Source of the DNA: the human T2T-CHM13v2.0 reference genome, Homo sapiens
Assembly (NCBI RefSeq): GCF_009914755.1
Contig: NC_060942.1
DNA length: 64,000 nucleotides
Strand: one strand, 5' to 3'
Shown here: piece by piece, positions 1 through 60,413 of the stretch
Layout: the number at the start of each line of letters is the position of its first letter
Position numbering within the stretch: the first letter of the stretch is position 1
Program-made: the position numbers and the translations under genes
Notes under the pieces: model-generated
The model's input: only the letters and a program-made list of their open reading frames with translations
Databases searched by the model: none
What the model was told of the DNA's origin: nothing

Positions 1-2877
<2,877 letters not shown>

Positions 2878-3706
2878 TGTTGCTTTGGGGTGCTGCCTCC
2901 TCTTTGAATTTGATTCTAAGTTTGAATTTTCTTTGAAATTGCACTTAAAACTCTGCGAAAATGTTCTCTTGTATTTCTTTTAGATTGGGTTTCTTCTGGT
3001 TCCACGAATTTTTCAAAATTTCTGCTGAAGTGAAGCCACCTTTTTCTAACTTTCTAGCAATGGTAAAGATTACAAAAACCAACCAAACCAAGTTTGCCAT
3101 CTAGTTCCGTGGTATATCCTCTCAATGTTTTAGGAGACTAAGACTTTCCATGAAAATAGTGCAATTATGAGTGAATAAATGGAATTTGATAAACTTTAAG
3201 GGCCACACCACTTTAATTCAGTTATTAGAATCACTGTCAACCTTTTTGGCCAACTGCGAAGTTTTTATTTCTCTCATCCCTATTGTCACAGGCTAGTGAC
3301 AATTTTTTACTTGGATTTTCAAAGTCCTCCAACTTACTCGTTAACTTGACCTTTAAGATAGAAGTGAAGCTGGATTGAACCCCTACGCCATGTCCCTGTG
3401 AAATCCAGTGTCTCTCCAAGTACTTGGTGAACTTTTCTCCTACTTACCTGATTTATTTCCTGAATTTATTTCCCCACTGCGTTTAAACTAGGTTATGAAA
3501 TCCATCCCTATCCTTGTTTGTACCTTGTCATTGTACCTCTGGCCGTGACCCCAATCCCTTTTCTTTCCTAAAGGTCACTGACTCACCGTTATGTGTAGCT
3601 GATTTGCAGGAAGGTTTGGGGTAGCAAGGACTCTGCAAGCAACTTAAAATTGAATACCGCCATCTGCTTCTTAAAGGTCCCAGGGACCATTCCTGCTACT
3701 GGATAA

Positions 3707-4041
<335 letters not shown>

Positions 4042-4196
4042 TCCTTCCTATACATTTTAAAATTCAACTCATAAATTATTATTGAATTGCAGTAAAACAG
4101 CTAATTGAACATTCTGTCCAACAGTTTTGCAACAAATGGTTTTCTAATATTGGAAAAATAGACATTGAAAAACTCTTTTAAAAAAGATTCGTTTTG

Positions 4197-4485
4197 GGGC
4201 GGTTGTGGTGGCTCACGCCTGTAATCCCAGCATTTTGGGAGGCTGAGGTGGACGAATCACCTGAGGTTAGTAGTTCGAGAGCAGCCTGGCCAACATGGCA
4301 AAACCCTCTCAATTAAAAATACAAAAATTAGCCGGGCATGGTGGCACACGCCTGTAATTCAAGCTACTTGGGAGATTGAGGCACAAGAATTGCTATAACC
4401 TGGGAGGCAGAGGTTGTAGTGAGCCAAGATCACACTGCTGCACTCCAGCCTGGGCGACAGAACGAAACTCTGGGGAAAAAAAAAA
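4197..4485 (+). mobile_element. Alu (S-like)
   Basis: Alu dimer. Confidence 0.9.
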
Positions 4486-4682
4486 TTGGAGTTTTCAATA
4501 TTTCCAAGATTTGGTATGCTCTCTCCACAGTTAATAGTCTTGTAACTTTACATTTAATACAATGTTGCATATATTGCTGAAGTTTTGTATACACAGCACT
4601 GAAAATGTTTTGTATAAACTGTCACTTTTATGTGATAATTTGAGTTTCGTATTTTCTACTGATACAGCTGTTGGTATAATGA

Positions 4683-5330
4683 GTATCAGTCAGGGTCTCA
4701 ACTGGAAGCAGATGGCATGCTCAAATTAAGATAAATCAAGAGGCCGTGCAGTGGCTCACACTTGGTAATTCCAGCACTTTGAGAAGCCAAGGTGGAAAGA
4801 TTGCCTGAGCCTAGGAGTTTGAGACCTGCATAGGCAGCATAGCAAGACCTCATCTCTAGCAAAAATACAAAATTTGCTGGGCATGGTGGCCTGTGCTGTA
4901 CTCCTAGCTACTTGGGAAGCCAAGGTGGGAGGATCCCTTGAGCCCGTGAGTTCGAGACTGCAGTGAGCTATGATCGTGCCACTGCACCCCAACCTGGGCG
5001 ACAGCGTGAGAGAGATCCTGTCTGTAAAAAAAAAAAAAAAAAGCAAATCAAGGATATTTATTTACAAAGAGGTGGGCAGGTTAGGAACCACAAGGATTAA
5101 TGCAGTATTAGTAGCAGCAAAACTGTCATCACCCCTGAGGCAGAAAACATATGGAATGGAAGCTGCTACCAGTCTCCAAAAGGAGGTGTATTAGGGAGGC
5201 CATATTGAGAACGTCCGGTTGACTGAAGGACATAGCCAGCCCAGAGTCTCAAGGAGGGAGCCGGGGGGAATCGAGAGAGCAAGGGAGCCCCCTGTAAGTA
5301 CAAGTCAGCCTTCCAGAAGGAGCAGGCACA
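4683..5330. mobile_element. ERVL-type LTR remnant interrupted by AluJ (4742-5042, +)
   Basis: gtatcagtcagggtc...cagatggcatgctcaaatt terminus resembles MER74/MER88-like LTRs; aaatcaag duplicated around the Alu. Confidence 0.45.
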
Positions 5331-6078
5331 GTCTGGATGTGGAGGGCAAGCAGATGACATTGGGCACAGACTGCTTATTTTAATCAGAAAGTATTCCTTT
5401 CCCTCTTAACAATTTGAAAATTAATCAGGACTATGGTCACCAGTGGCAAAAACTCAACTTGATGTAGTTTAAACAAAAAAAAAAAGGAGATACTGAAGGA
5501 CAGGGAGGAGCTGATTTTAGGGAAATAAATGCTACTGGGGCAGTTTTTCAACTCTGCATGTTGGTTTCTTTTGTACCAAAATGGGAATCTGGTCTCCAGA
5601 AGCACTGGAATGGCACCCTTTGAGCAGTTAATCAGACACAAGATGAGACTCATCTTCCAACTCCACACAGAAAGCTTAGAGAAGAACTTGATCTAAATGA
5701 AGACTTGCACAAATGGGATGAGAAACCTGATGGAAGATGCAAATTTTTACCAAATTAGTTTATAGGCATAATGCTATCCCAACCAAAATCTCACGTATTT
5801 TATAGGAATATGAAAAATAAAGGCTACAGTTAATCAAGAATTTGTCAGGACACTAAAATTTTAAGAAAAGGCATAGCAAAGGGAACTTGCTGTATTATTA
5901 AAGTGCATTATCAAGTGACAGCAGTTAAAATGCTTTGATGAAAGAAATACTTGGGCAAAACAGTATATGTATAATAAAGGAAGGAACCTAAACCAATGGA
6001 CCAATGGGAATGAATGAATAATTGATGCTGAGAAAATTACCTATATGGGAAAAAAAATCATGCTAGACTCTTAAGTCT

Positions 6079-6702
<624 letters not shown>

Positions 6703-6734
6703 TAAAATGCTTTTTAAAAAGCACAACCTATAGA

Positions 6735-7081
<347 letters not shown>

Positions 7082-7592
7082 CTAAACATAAAAAAGGAAT
7101 GAACAGATTTGACAATCTACAAATGTACAACTTACATGTCAGAAATTATATGGAAAATTAAAAGGCAAACAGGAAACTAGAAAAACATTCTTAAATTGAG
7201 GAACTATTGCTATACTACAAAAATAAATGTTTACTAAATGAAGTGTTTTAGAAATCAGAGAAAAAGCTAATAATTTTGTAATTAACTTATTGAAAATAAA
7301 TGCTTTTGAATGACCATTCAAAATTTAGTATTAGACAATTTTATTTTCATTATCCTATATAATAATTATAAAACACAGAGATAAGGCTCATTTTTTTTCT
7401 TTTTTAGAAAATTAAGCCCCTTAATTTATAATAAAACTGGTCATTCTATTTTATATTCTTCACATAGATTGTGAATAGCTACACTCAAATTACTTAGGTT
7501 TCTGCATTAACTGTATTTGCTGGTATAATTTTAAAAAGAAGAAAATACTTGTAAAAATAATGTCACTCACTTGACATAGAAAATTGACCACA

Positions 7593-7972
<380 letters not shown>

Positions 7973-8103
7973 TCAGTAGTTACAAGTAACTGAACATTTT
8001 TTTCTCAATGGAAGAATAAATTCAGAATATATCAATTTTTAAAAAACGAATGAGAATATGAATAGCAACTAAAACGATTAATAGGTGCATTCAATGAGAA
8101 CTT

Positions 8104-8109
8104 TTTATT
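8104..8109 (-). terminator. Poly(A) signal AATAAA (proximal of the terminal pair)
   Basis: tttatt on + strand near the end of the 3' UTR. Confidence 0.7.
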
Positions 8110-9145
8110 TCAATTATCCACAAAACAATATTACAATACTTTATAAAAATATTAAGTTTAGGCTACCATTATTCATTTAAAAAAGTGTGCTAGAAGGCTG
8201 TTTTTGCCAACTTCCTTTTTTGGTAAGGGTTAACTTCCACATTAAGACACTGAAGACGAAAAGCTGTTGGAAAATATCTCCAAATTTACAAAGTTGTTTT
8301 TCTTGGCAATTTAAAAATACAGAACAATTTAAAATGAATACACATTGTTAGTGTTTTATCCCTACTATACAATTGTTATTATATAAGGAACTGCTCCATT
8401 CAGTTAAAACCTAATGAATACCATCAACTTTTCCTGCCTTACTTTCCTGATTAGATTTAGTACATAAACGTAATTTTGTCACCCTTTTGAATATGCTTAG
8501 AAAAATTACAATATCATAGTTCACATAAAGCCCTTAAAAAATCTCATGTCACAAGTTGTTGATAAGAGGAAATAATGACAGCACTCTTCTTAGGAAGACC
8601 CTCTTGGTAGAGAGTGTCAATACTAAGCAGGTTACGTAAACAGAAAAAACAACCACAATTTTTAGTACCAGAACCACTGCCAACTTGCATGAAGTCCATC
8701 TTCACATTTTAAAAATGGTTTGAATTTGAACATATACGCCATGGCACAGAATTTCGAATCTGATGATTAAAATCAGGTAAATAATGATAGTTAAGAATTA
8801 TATCCTGAAAATAGAGGGGCCTAATATAAGGCTTAATTTAAAGTGTGACTATATGAGAGTATTTTAAAACATATACACCAGACCTTCATTTTATTCATCA
8901 ATTTTTCCTTTGCTAGACACTCAAACCACTAATGCTGCTATTCAAATCTGTATTTTGAAATTACTGAGTTACTCTTAAAAATTAGTCTTATTTTGTATGT
9001 TTCACTTTTGCACTTTAGGGTAAAAACTGTCCCCTTTTCACCACCGTTAATATTCAGAATAAGTTTTCCTCCCCAAATCAACCATTTAATGTATTCTAAA
9101 AGGGAAAAAATGACCACCATTACATAGACTTTAGAAGTGAATGTA

Positions 9146-9495
<350 letters not shown>

Positions 9496-9795
9496 TTACA
9501 TAAAAACCATATCCCACTGCAATGAATGTGAAGCCATAACTTCATTATTTTGAACAAATACCCATTTAGTGTGTAAGAAAAATTAGTTTTATAGTTATAC
9601 TTTATAACTCTTCAAAGTCTCAGAATATAGCTAAGTGAGGAGCTCTGAGTGCCAGCAAAGCCATTCTGTCACTCCATGACATCAACATTAAACATTACCT
9701 TCCATCCCTCTAACTTGTAAAACTTTCACATTTTCTTTTCTCGTATTTCTTTTAAATACATTTTCCTCTCTGTTCATCTATATTCACCATGAGCA

Positions 9796-9802
9796 AAAGT
9801 GC
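9796..9802 (-). promoter_or_regulatory. miR-17/20/93/106 7mer-m8 seed site (GCACUUU)
   Basis: aaagtgc on +. Confidence 0.4.
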
Positions 9803-10331
9803 ATTCAAGTCCCTGATCTGGTCATATTTTCTATTTGTGGCACCCATCCCCATAAGGACATATAAGCAATACTCACAGTACGAAGTCTAGTTTTTAAAAA
9901 GGGCTTTTAAAATGCTGGGTCTTACTTTGCATGCTATCTAAAGATCAAAACATTTCCCCTTTGATTGGACAGTAGTTTCAATTATATATTGCCTTAAAAA
10001 ATCAATGCAACCTCATACAAGATTAACTCACTTTCTAGTTACCTTCATTATTCTAAGTCAAACTCTTCAGAAAAGGACTGAAGTGAAAAAGTTCTTATTC
10101 TTTCAGTTCCATGAACATGAATATTAATGTACTGCATTATACTTTCAAATTCCACTTCTGTGGTCTAACATTTAATCAAGTTTGAGATCCTGTTTATATT
10201 CCTTTTGAAAAACCTGGCCCATGTCCATGCAAAAGAAAGCATATATTAAGATTGCATACTGACTGTTTAACTTAGAAAAAACTTTTGAGAATAATAAATG
10301 CAAGAAACTTTAAAAAACTGGAATGGAATTA

Positions 10332-10340
10332 TTTGGTCCC
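10332..10340 (-). promoter_or_regulatory. miR-133-3p seed site (GGGACCAAA)
   Basis: tttggtccc on +. Confidence 0.55.
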
Positions 10341-10611
10341 ATGATATTCCTTAATTTTAGATTTTATTATGGTATAGCTTTTTATCTCTCAAGTTTTATC
10401 TGTAACAATAAATAATTTTCTTTGAGCAATTCTGACTTTGGGGAAAAAAAGAAAGGAAATGATTTATAAATAAGCAGGAGCCTCACTGTCCTTCATTACC
10501 ATGCTGTCACCCACACTGTCATCAGTATCTTAGCTCTATTTTGTTTGGACCCTGAAATACGCTGATAAATTCATCATTGGTACATTAGAGTTTAATACTT
10601 GGGGAAAAAAA

Positions 10612-10618
10612 AGTGGTT
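10612..10618 (-). promoter_or_regulatory. miR-140-5p 7mer-m8 seed site (AACCACU)
   Basis: agtggtt on +. Confidence 0.4.
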
Positions 10619-10638
10619 TTGTGCAACCATATCTGGGA

Positions 10639-10646
10639 TTCCAGTT
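10639..10646 (-). promoter_or_regulatory. miR-145-5p 8mer seed site (AACUGGAA)
   Basis: ttccagtt on +; seed complement from known miR-145 sequence. Confidence 0.55.
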
Positions 10647-10760
10647 TACCATTAAAAACATGCAGAGTAAAGAAGATTTTCTTCTTTTGATTCCTGTAGA
10701 AAATCTACACAAGTTCTTTATATTTTGGCAGATTTGTGCATATAAAATAGGCTACTTGAA

Positions 10761-43154
<32,394 letters not shown>

Positions 43155-43496
43155 TATCAAATCTACAGAGACAATAAAATATTTTGAGAGTCAGTTAACA
43201 CACAGGATACTTCAAAAAGACAGGGTTCAAAAAATCATTTTAAGAAAAGCATATGCCATCCCTGCAAAAAGGAACATAAACAAAACAAAAAATAGAAAGC
43301 TGAAAACGAGGTCTCTTCCCCTCATTTATCTTTATTACAATTTGCAAAAGCCCTACTCCAATCGCTTCATTCTCCAACTCAATCACCTTTAATAGTCCAA
43401 TGACAACATGCCACAGTATATTGGGAAAAAACCATGGGCTCTGAAGCCAGAGAGGCCTAAATTTGAATCCTGGCTTCCTACTTAGTAGTGGAGTGA

Positions 43497-44170
<674 letters not shown>

Positions 44171-44346
44171 GCATCTGGGTGATAAAATTATCTGTTAAAA
44201 AAAAAAGAAAAAGAAAGAAAACAAAATAGAAAAAAAAGAGAAAAACCTACCTCATAAGGTTTACTATGAGGATTAACTTTATTACAAATTCTAGACAATC
44301 TGGCACACAATGGGTACTAGCAAATACTGTTGTATTCTGTCTATAC

Positions 44347-44670
44347 CAGGACTATGTCAACAGAAATATAATCTAAGTCACAAATGTGAGCCACATAATT
44401 TTAAATTTTCTAATTTAGTGTAGCCATATTAAAAAAATACAAAGAAACAGGTAAAATTAACTTTAGTATTTTATTTAACCCAGTATATAAAAAACATTTA
44501 TTTCAACATGTAACCGATATAAACATTTTAATGACATTTTATTTTTTCATACTGAGCCTTAAAAATCTGATGTGTATTTTGTACTTGAAGTACATCTCAA
44601 CTGGACTAGAGACATTTCAAGGGCTCAAGAGTTGTATATGGCTAGTGGCTATCATACAGGACAAAGTAGA
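44347..44670. mobile_element. MER33-like hAT element
   Basis: agaaatataat...gtgagccacataattttaaattttcta...ggctagtggcta. Confidence 0.7.
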
Positions 44671-45499
44671 TCTATACCTTTTCCCTTCCCTGTCAATGGA
44701 AACACCCCTAACGCTCACCAAATTTAACCCCAATCTATCTTTCCAACCTTTCCAACTTTATTTCCTACTATCCTCATACTTACGCTCACACACACACAAA
44801 TCTTGTTTCCCCAATGCATATGCCCTGTGCTTTCCCATTTTGGGTTTCTTTTTCCCCCTTCTAAAATTGTCTCTGTTCCAAGTATTCTCCCCACCTCTCT
44901 ACCTGCTAAAATCCTATCCTTTCACTGATGGTCATCACAAATGTTACTTTTCCATTCAGGCTTTCCTTATAATCAGTAAAATATCTTTTCTCTTAAAACC
45001 CACAATATACCTTTGGGGAGATTTTCTTATGAGGCTCACTTTATTCCATTTTATATACCATTTTTAATTTACTGGTCAAATCCCAACCTACCCCCAAATT
45101 AATGGCAATACACTCCTTCAAAACAAGAGTTGTGCTTTACTCATCGCTTACCTACCGTATTATCTATCATATAGGTTTACTAACATTACAAAATCTGCAT
45201 TATTCTATTCACTGTCTACAGAAGCACTAATATAGAATTCATTAATTCACTTAACTTTCAAAGGTCATTCTTATTTGTATAGTTTTTCCCTTTCTATGAC
45301 ATTCAAAAGGAAGTAGGTGAGTGTTGGCCGCCTCATAAATTCTGAAAGACTAAACATTTACAACCTCAGCTGTATAATAATAATTTAAAATGTAGCTACA
45401 TATATTAAAATAGAAGCAGTCTCAGAACCTCAGAATTGGGTTTTAGATCACTCTCTTAAATTGGTATATTCTAAAGATGTGAGTTAACTATAAGCATCA

Positions 45500-46985
<1,486 letters not shown>

Positions 46986-48232
46986 AGTGAAAATATTGTA
47001 AAGGAATTATAAGCTAAATATATAAAAGGCAGTTGCTTCTAAAAGTATTAGAAAAAATTAAAGGTAAGTAGTTTCATAATCTAAAGTTGGAAAAGTCTTT
47101 TAAAGTATAAAGTAACTTCCACATTGAGAGGGGCAGGGGTGGGGACAGAAGTTTAAGAGAAGCTAAAATATCTTTGTACTTGCTCATGCTTTCTTGTTCT
47201 CTCAATATATAATAAATGTACACATGTGGAATCTGGTTGACACTCTTAATACAGACAACTCTTATGCATGAAAAGAAAAAGTCCAACAGAAAAACATGAA
47301 AACCTATCAAGAGACAATTCACAACACAGGAAAGGCCAATTAACATATGAAAATGCATCCAACCTTCCCAGTCTTCCAAGAAATGCACATTATAAGAAGA
47401 TACCTTTTGTGGTTACCAGACTGGAAGATTTTGACTCAATATACTTAAGCCTGAAAGCAAAATTGTAACAATCAATATATATCCACAAAATATGTAAAAA
47501 CTGGGAGGGGGAAAGGTCTACTGTTCCCCACCCCACTTTCTGTCAGGGCCAAGCACTGTTCTTTGCCGTTTAAAAAAAAAAAAAAAAAGTTTAACTGTAA
47601 AAATCTTAAAAGTCGGTACAAGGAATTTACAAAATTACCTGCATCCAAAGTCTAAATATCAAGAAAACAGCATTAATTATTACATAAATTATACTTTGAA
47701 AGAACAGCAGTTGTATGAAGGAGGAAAAATTATGGGGGAAACCCAGTAATACTGTAATTTAAATTCTGATAGGAGGCCAACTCGGAAATACCATGTCAAT
47801 TCACAACAGAGGCTCCTATAATTGCCCAACTACCTCAGTTTCCATTCCCAGCTTAATTCCTCATCCTCACCTCCTTTACCCATAACCATCTTAAAGTCCT
47901 CTTCCCTCAAAAGTCACACCTTTTCTCCTCACCCTATCAAGTCTTCCATTACTATGCTTAACCTGTCCTCCAGCCTCATTTTCTTAATCCAGAGTATTGA
48001 GCCTAATGCCTCACACATCTACGCACTTATCTTTCCAATAACTCTAGGATAGCCCATTAATTTCAGTCCAATTCCACCAGCACCCCAGTATCAATGCATA
48101 GGACCCATCATTGCTGCTCATCTCATTTTGAAATATTACTAATGTCATACGTGATTCACATTTTTAAGTAAATTTCAGGTGCAATATGAGTTAAACTGAT
48201 TTTTATGGGTTGTCTTAGAAATGTTAACATCA

Positions 48233-48665
<433 letters not shown>

Positions 48666-48699
48666 AAATGTAACATCATTTAAAACATTTATATGGAAA

Positions 48700-48881
48700 C
48701 CTACCTGTTGGATATTACACTGATTACCTGGGTAACAAAATTTATCTGTAGGCCAAACCCCACAACACACAATTTACCCATGTAACAAACCTGCACGTGC
48801 ACCCCTTGAATCTAAAATAAAAGATGGAAAGAAAAAACAAACAATAAACCAAACAAGAAAAATCCCCCAAAATAAAAAAAT
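48700..48881 (+). mobile_element. Short L1 3'-end insertion with TSD aaaacatttatatggaaa
   Basis: tttacccatgtaacaaacctgcac...aaaataaaag + A-rich tail; TSD at ~48682-48699 and ~48882-48899. Confidence 0.8.
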
Positions 48882-49741
48882 AAAACATTTATATGGAAAA
48901 GTCTCTTCCAAGTTCCAAGCTACTGACTTATATATTCATTAATAACATACATTATGGGATTAAAAAAAACTATATACTGGGTACAACGTACACTACTCCG
49001 GTGACGGGTGCACCAAAACCTCAGAATTCACCACTACATAATTCATCCATTTAACCGAACACCACTTGTACCTCAAAAGCTATCAAAATAAAACCAAAAA
49101 CTAAAAATATTGTATATTAGACACTGTAAAAGGAGCTGGGAGGACAATAAATGGTCCCTTTTCATTAAAAGGTCACAAATGTATGAAACAAATACAACAC
49201 TGTACAATGTGAAAAATGCTAGAGTGTGACAAAATGTTAGAGTGGAGGTATGTACAAAATACCATGGAAATACAACAAATGTTATCAGCTCTGCTTAAAG
49301 CACTTAGGAAAAAAAGTTTTGCAAAGGAAGTGGTATCTGAGCTTGGTCTTGAAGAGTTGGAGACTTGGGGGAAAGAAAAGGATATTCCAGGAAGAATGAA
49401 AAGTGTACAGAATGGCTCAGATGCTTGAAACAGCATGGTTCATTTTAGGAACAGAAAATTTCTCTGTTCCAAGAGTGTGAGGGGCTGTTTGTGAGCTGGG
49501 TAGGACAGGCAGCTAGAGGAGATTTAATATAGAAGATTATTTGTTATGCAATAACTTTTAGACTTTCTCCAGGGAGCATTAGGAATCCAGAATTTTTGTT
49601 TTGAGGAATAGCAGAAGATATGTGTTTTATAATAACTATGACAAAAGGATGAATTATACAGCCTAGAAAGAAGAAAAAATGACAGCAGTTAGACAAGTTA
49701 TAAAACTATTCCAACTGACCCATGTGAGAAAAGGCAAAAGC

Positions 49742-50481
<740 letters not shown>

Positions 50482-50553
50482 TCAGTATTTATTGAACCTT
50501 TTAAAGTACTTACTATACGTGTATTAAGGGTTGGCTGACTCCAAAGTTTCCAG

Positions 50554-51998
<1,445 letters not shown>

Positions 51999-52759
51999 AA
52001 TTTAACACTTTTTAATAAGGAGTAAAATAAGTGGGAATAAACAGACTTTCAGGAAGAAAATGGCTAATAGTGTTAAAGACAAAATCAAGTCAAGTGGCAC
52101 TTAAAATGATTTTTTTAAAGGCCAGCTGATTAGTAATTTGGAGCTCACTGGTGACTTTACCAAGAGCATTTCTTAACATCATGAAGACAAAAGCGAGATT
52201 GCAGTAAGTTGAAGAATAAGAAGTGAGCCATGAAATGAGGTAATCTTTGGAATATCTTCATAAGTTGGGAACACATGCATTATCAAGATGTTTCCTATCA
52301 TTTCTTTGTCTACTTCACTGATCCTCTACTTCACAGTATTAGTGTAATCAAATACAGTTGCCACTTGGTTAGTCAACAGCCATTCTTCCTCTTCTTTGAT
52401 AAAAAGAACTGTGATTTTGTTGATCCTTCTTACGTTTGCCAAGTCCTTCAGGGGAGGCTCAGTGCCTATCCAGCCCTACGTAGTAAATATTGATTTATTT
52501 AAGCCACTTACACGGTCTTATCTCTATTGCCAGTTGGCTAGTTGAGCCATGAGCATGGGCTTCCAGGAAGTTTTCCCCACTTGTAAAGAGGAATACAAGA
52601 CAGAAATATTCTATTTTCTTTCCATAGATGTTATCATCGATGATGCCTAGATCAAATGACTTGCTCCACATCCTTAAGACTTGTTATTAACACTTTTAAA
52701 AACTGCTAATTAAATGTAAGTTAAAACCGCAAAGGGATAGCACTACATGATTAGTGAAA

Positions 52760-52876
52760 GATGATTATCTTTTCTATGTTTTCGTATTTATGGAAGTATT
52801 CCCAACTCTAATAGGAAGCAACCATTAGAGTTAGGAATACTTCCATAAATACAAAAACATAGAAAAGATAATCATC
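52760..52876. repeat. Inverted repeat: 53-bp arms, 11-nt loop, 2 mismatches
   Basis: 52760-52812 is the reverse complement of 52824-52876 except at two positions. Confidence 0.95.
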
Positions 52877-53429
52877 AACTTCATTCTAGAATCAAAACAT
52901 TCTAATTTCTCATTCTAATTGGTATGTAGTGATATCCCTTTGTGGTTTTTACATTTCCCTAATGACTACACCTTATTTTGAGCATGTTCTCATGTGCTTA
53001 TTTGCTTCCCATCTCTACTTTGGTGACGTGACTGTTCAAATCAGTTTTTAAACTAAAGTGTCTGTTCAAATCAAATTTTTAATTGGGCTGTCTTCTTTCT
53101 GTTATGTTCTGGAAACAAGAATATTTACTACTCTAACACTATTATATACTTTATATATTCTGGAATCTAGTTCTCTGTCAGATGTTTATACTAAACTGTG
53201 ATATTTCTCCCAGTTCATAGGTTGCCTTTGCATTTCCATAACAGTATCCTTGAACATGCTTTTAAATTTTAAGTTCAATTAAAATTTTTTATTTTTATGG
53301 TTTATGTTTTATGTGTCCGGAAAATTCTTCACCAGAAGATTTTCTACATGTTCATCTGTAAGTCTGAACTCTTCTGTAAGTCAGGCCTATCAAGCCATTT
53401 TAAGCTAATTTTTGAATATATTATAATAG

Positions 53430-53615
<186 letters not shown>

Positions 53616-53969
53616 TAAGGACAGAGTTTCACTATGTTGTCCAGGCTGTTCTGGAACTCGTGAGCTCAAGCAATTCGCCTGCCTCAGCCTCCCAAAGTGA
53701 TGGGATTACAGACATAAGCCACAATGCCCGGCCCCATGTTCAATTTTTTAAAACTCGATATCTAGTTCTCCTAGTACAATTTGTTGAAAAACCTATCCAT
53801 TTCCCACTGAATTACCTTGTTACCTTTGTCAAAAAGCAATTAACCATGTATGTGTGTAGGTCTGCTTTCATTCCCTATTTTTCCCATTGTCCTACATATC
53901 TATTCTCATGTCAATGACGATAGTCGTCATTACTGTAGCTTTACTGTGTCTTGAAATTATATAATATAA

Positions 53970-54308
<339 letters not shown>

Positions 54309-54863
54309 TAAATACTCTAGGGCAGGGTCAGCAAATTTATTCTGTAAAATATTTTAAGCTTTGTGGACCATATGGTGTCTGTAACAACTACTCAACTCTG
54401 CTGGTTTACTGCAAAAGCAGGCTCAGACAATACGCACAACACACTAAGTGTGGCAATGTTAAAAAACCATTTCCAAAAGCAGGCAGTTGGCTTGCTAAGA
54501 CCTGCCAAACCATGCATGAGGGTCTTTGCATTTCCATACAAATTTTAAAATCTCTACAAATTTTAATCATACAAATTTTAGAATCTCCACAAAAATGCCT
54601 GCTGGGATTCTGACTGGGATTATTCTTAATCTATAGATCAATCTGGGGAGAAATGATATTTTAAGAATACTGACTTCCGCTTGATCCATGAATGTGGTAT
54701 TTTATTTATTTGGGCATTTACAGACTTTTCCCAGCAGTGTTTTATAGTTTTCAGTGTACAGGTCTTGTCCAATTTTTGTACAGCTTATCTCTAGACACTA
54801 TGGTTTATGCCATTATAAATGTTACTACTTTATTTCTATTTCCAACTCTTCATCACTAACATA

Positions 54864-55533
<670 letters not shown>

Positions 55534-56257
55534 TAAGTAAATCTGTATACAAAGTATATTTGTATATTACGTTCTTGTGACTGTACTAAACTCTTATGAT
55601 TTCTAGTACTTTTATAGGTTCTACAGTATTTTCTACACTCAAGATCATGTGTACAAATAAACACTGTCTTGCTCTTTACTCTCCTACATACGTCTTTTTC
55701 CCTGCTTACCTTATTCACTGACTAGTACCTCCAGTGCAATGTCGAACACAAGTGAGGAGAGAATATCTATGCCTTGGTTCTCAATCTTAAGAGGAAAGTA
55801 TTTAGTCCATCACTATTATGTATGATATTAGCTGTAGGATTTTTGTATTATAGCAGAACTTCATAAGGCCAAGCAAAGTTCCCTTGTTTGCTGACAGTTT
55901 TTATCATAAATGAGTGAATTTTGTCAAAAGCTTTTCTACATGTACTTAGATTATCATATAGGTTTTTTTCCTTTATTCAATTGATGTAGTGAATTTTACT
56001 AATTGATTATTGACTGTTAAGTAAACCTTGGGACCTTTGCATTCTTGAGATAAAACCCAATTGGTCATGGTATATTACCCTTTTATATATTCCTGAAAGC
56101 TAATATTTTGCTAAATATTTTTGTCTATGGTCAAGAACCACATTGTTCTTTAGTAGTATTTTCCTGTAATTTCTGTGTTTGCTTTTGGTATCAGGATGTT
56201 GGCCTCACAAAATGAATTGGGAAGTATTCTCTTCCTGTTCTTTTTTTTTTTTTTTGA

Positions 56258-56479
<222 letters not shown>

Positions 56480-57149
56480 TGATCTGCCTGCCTCGGCCTC
56501 CCAAAGTGCTGGGATTACAGGTGCTGTGAGCCACTGCGCCCGGCCCTTTTATCTTTTTTTTTTTTTTTTAAGAGTTTTTAAGATTGGTATTATTTCGTCC
56601 TTCAATGTGAGTGATCAACAAGGACTTTCCCCTCTAGCTAGTAAAACCTCAAATGCTTCCCAGCCCTCTGTGACCTCTAATGTCTGTCAGTTCACATCAA
56701 TCTGGTTGCTCTTTGTCTGGCTTTACAGTTTTACTCCATGTATGTTCATTCTAGAATTCAGCAAAAAGTCAGAGACTTCTATGGATAGCATTAATTTTGA
56801 CAAAGTGTCCTTCCTGCTGAACTTTGCCCTACAACTTCTTGCTGCCTCAGCTTCCATAAATTCTGATCTCTATCTCTTCATCTTGTTCTTTGCTCAAGAT
56901 TCCCTGTCCCAGATCTACAATTTAGAATGTGCCCCAGGCAAAAAGCCAGGGTGGGTGGGTGACTGTAAAGCTCACTTTGTTTGTTTCCCTTCTTTTAGGG
57001 ATCACAGTCCTGCACTGCTGTTGTCCAAAGTCTAAAACCCATTGTTTCATTATTTTGTCCAGATTTTCAAGGTTTTTGTGTGTTTGTGGAGGTGTGGGGG
57101 TTGACAGATGGTAAACTCCATCATGGTCACTTGAAAATTCTGAAAAGTT

Positions 57150-60413
<3,264 letters not shown>

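Noticed and set aside
44531-45067. Longest ORF in the track (178 aa, +)
   Set aside because: Starts inside MER33 and continues through pyrimidine-rich degenerate sequence; F/L/S-biased with no recognisable domain
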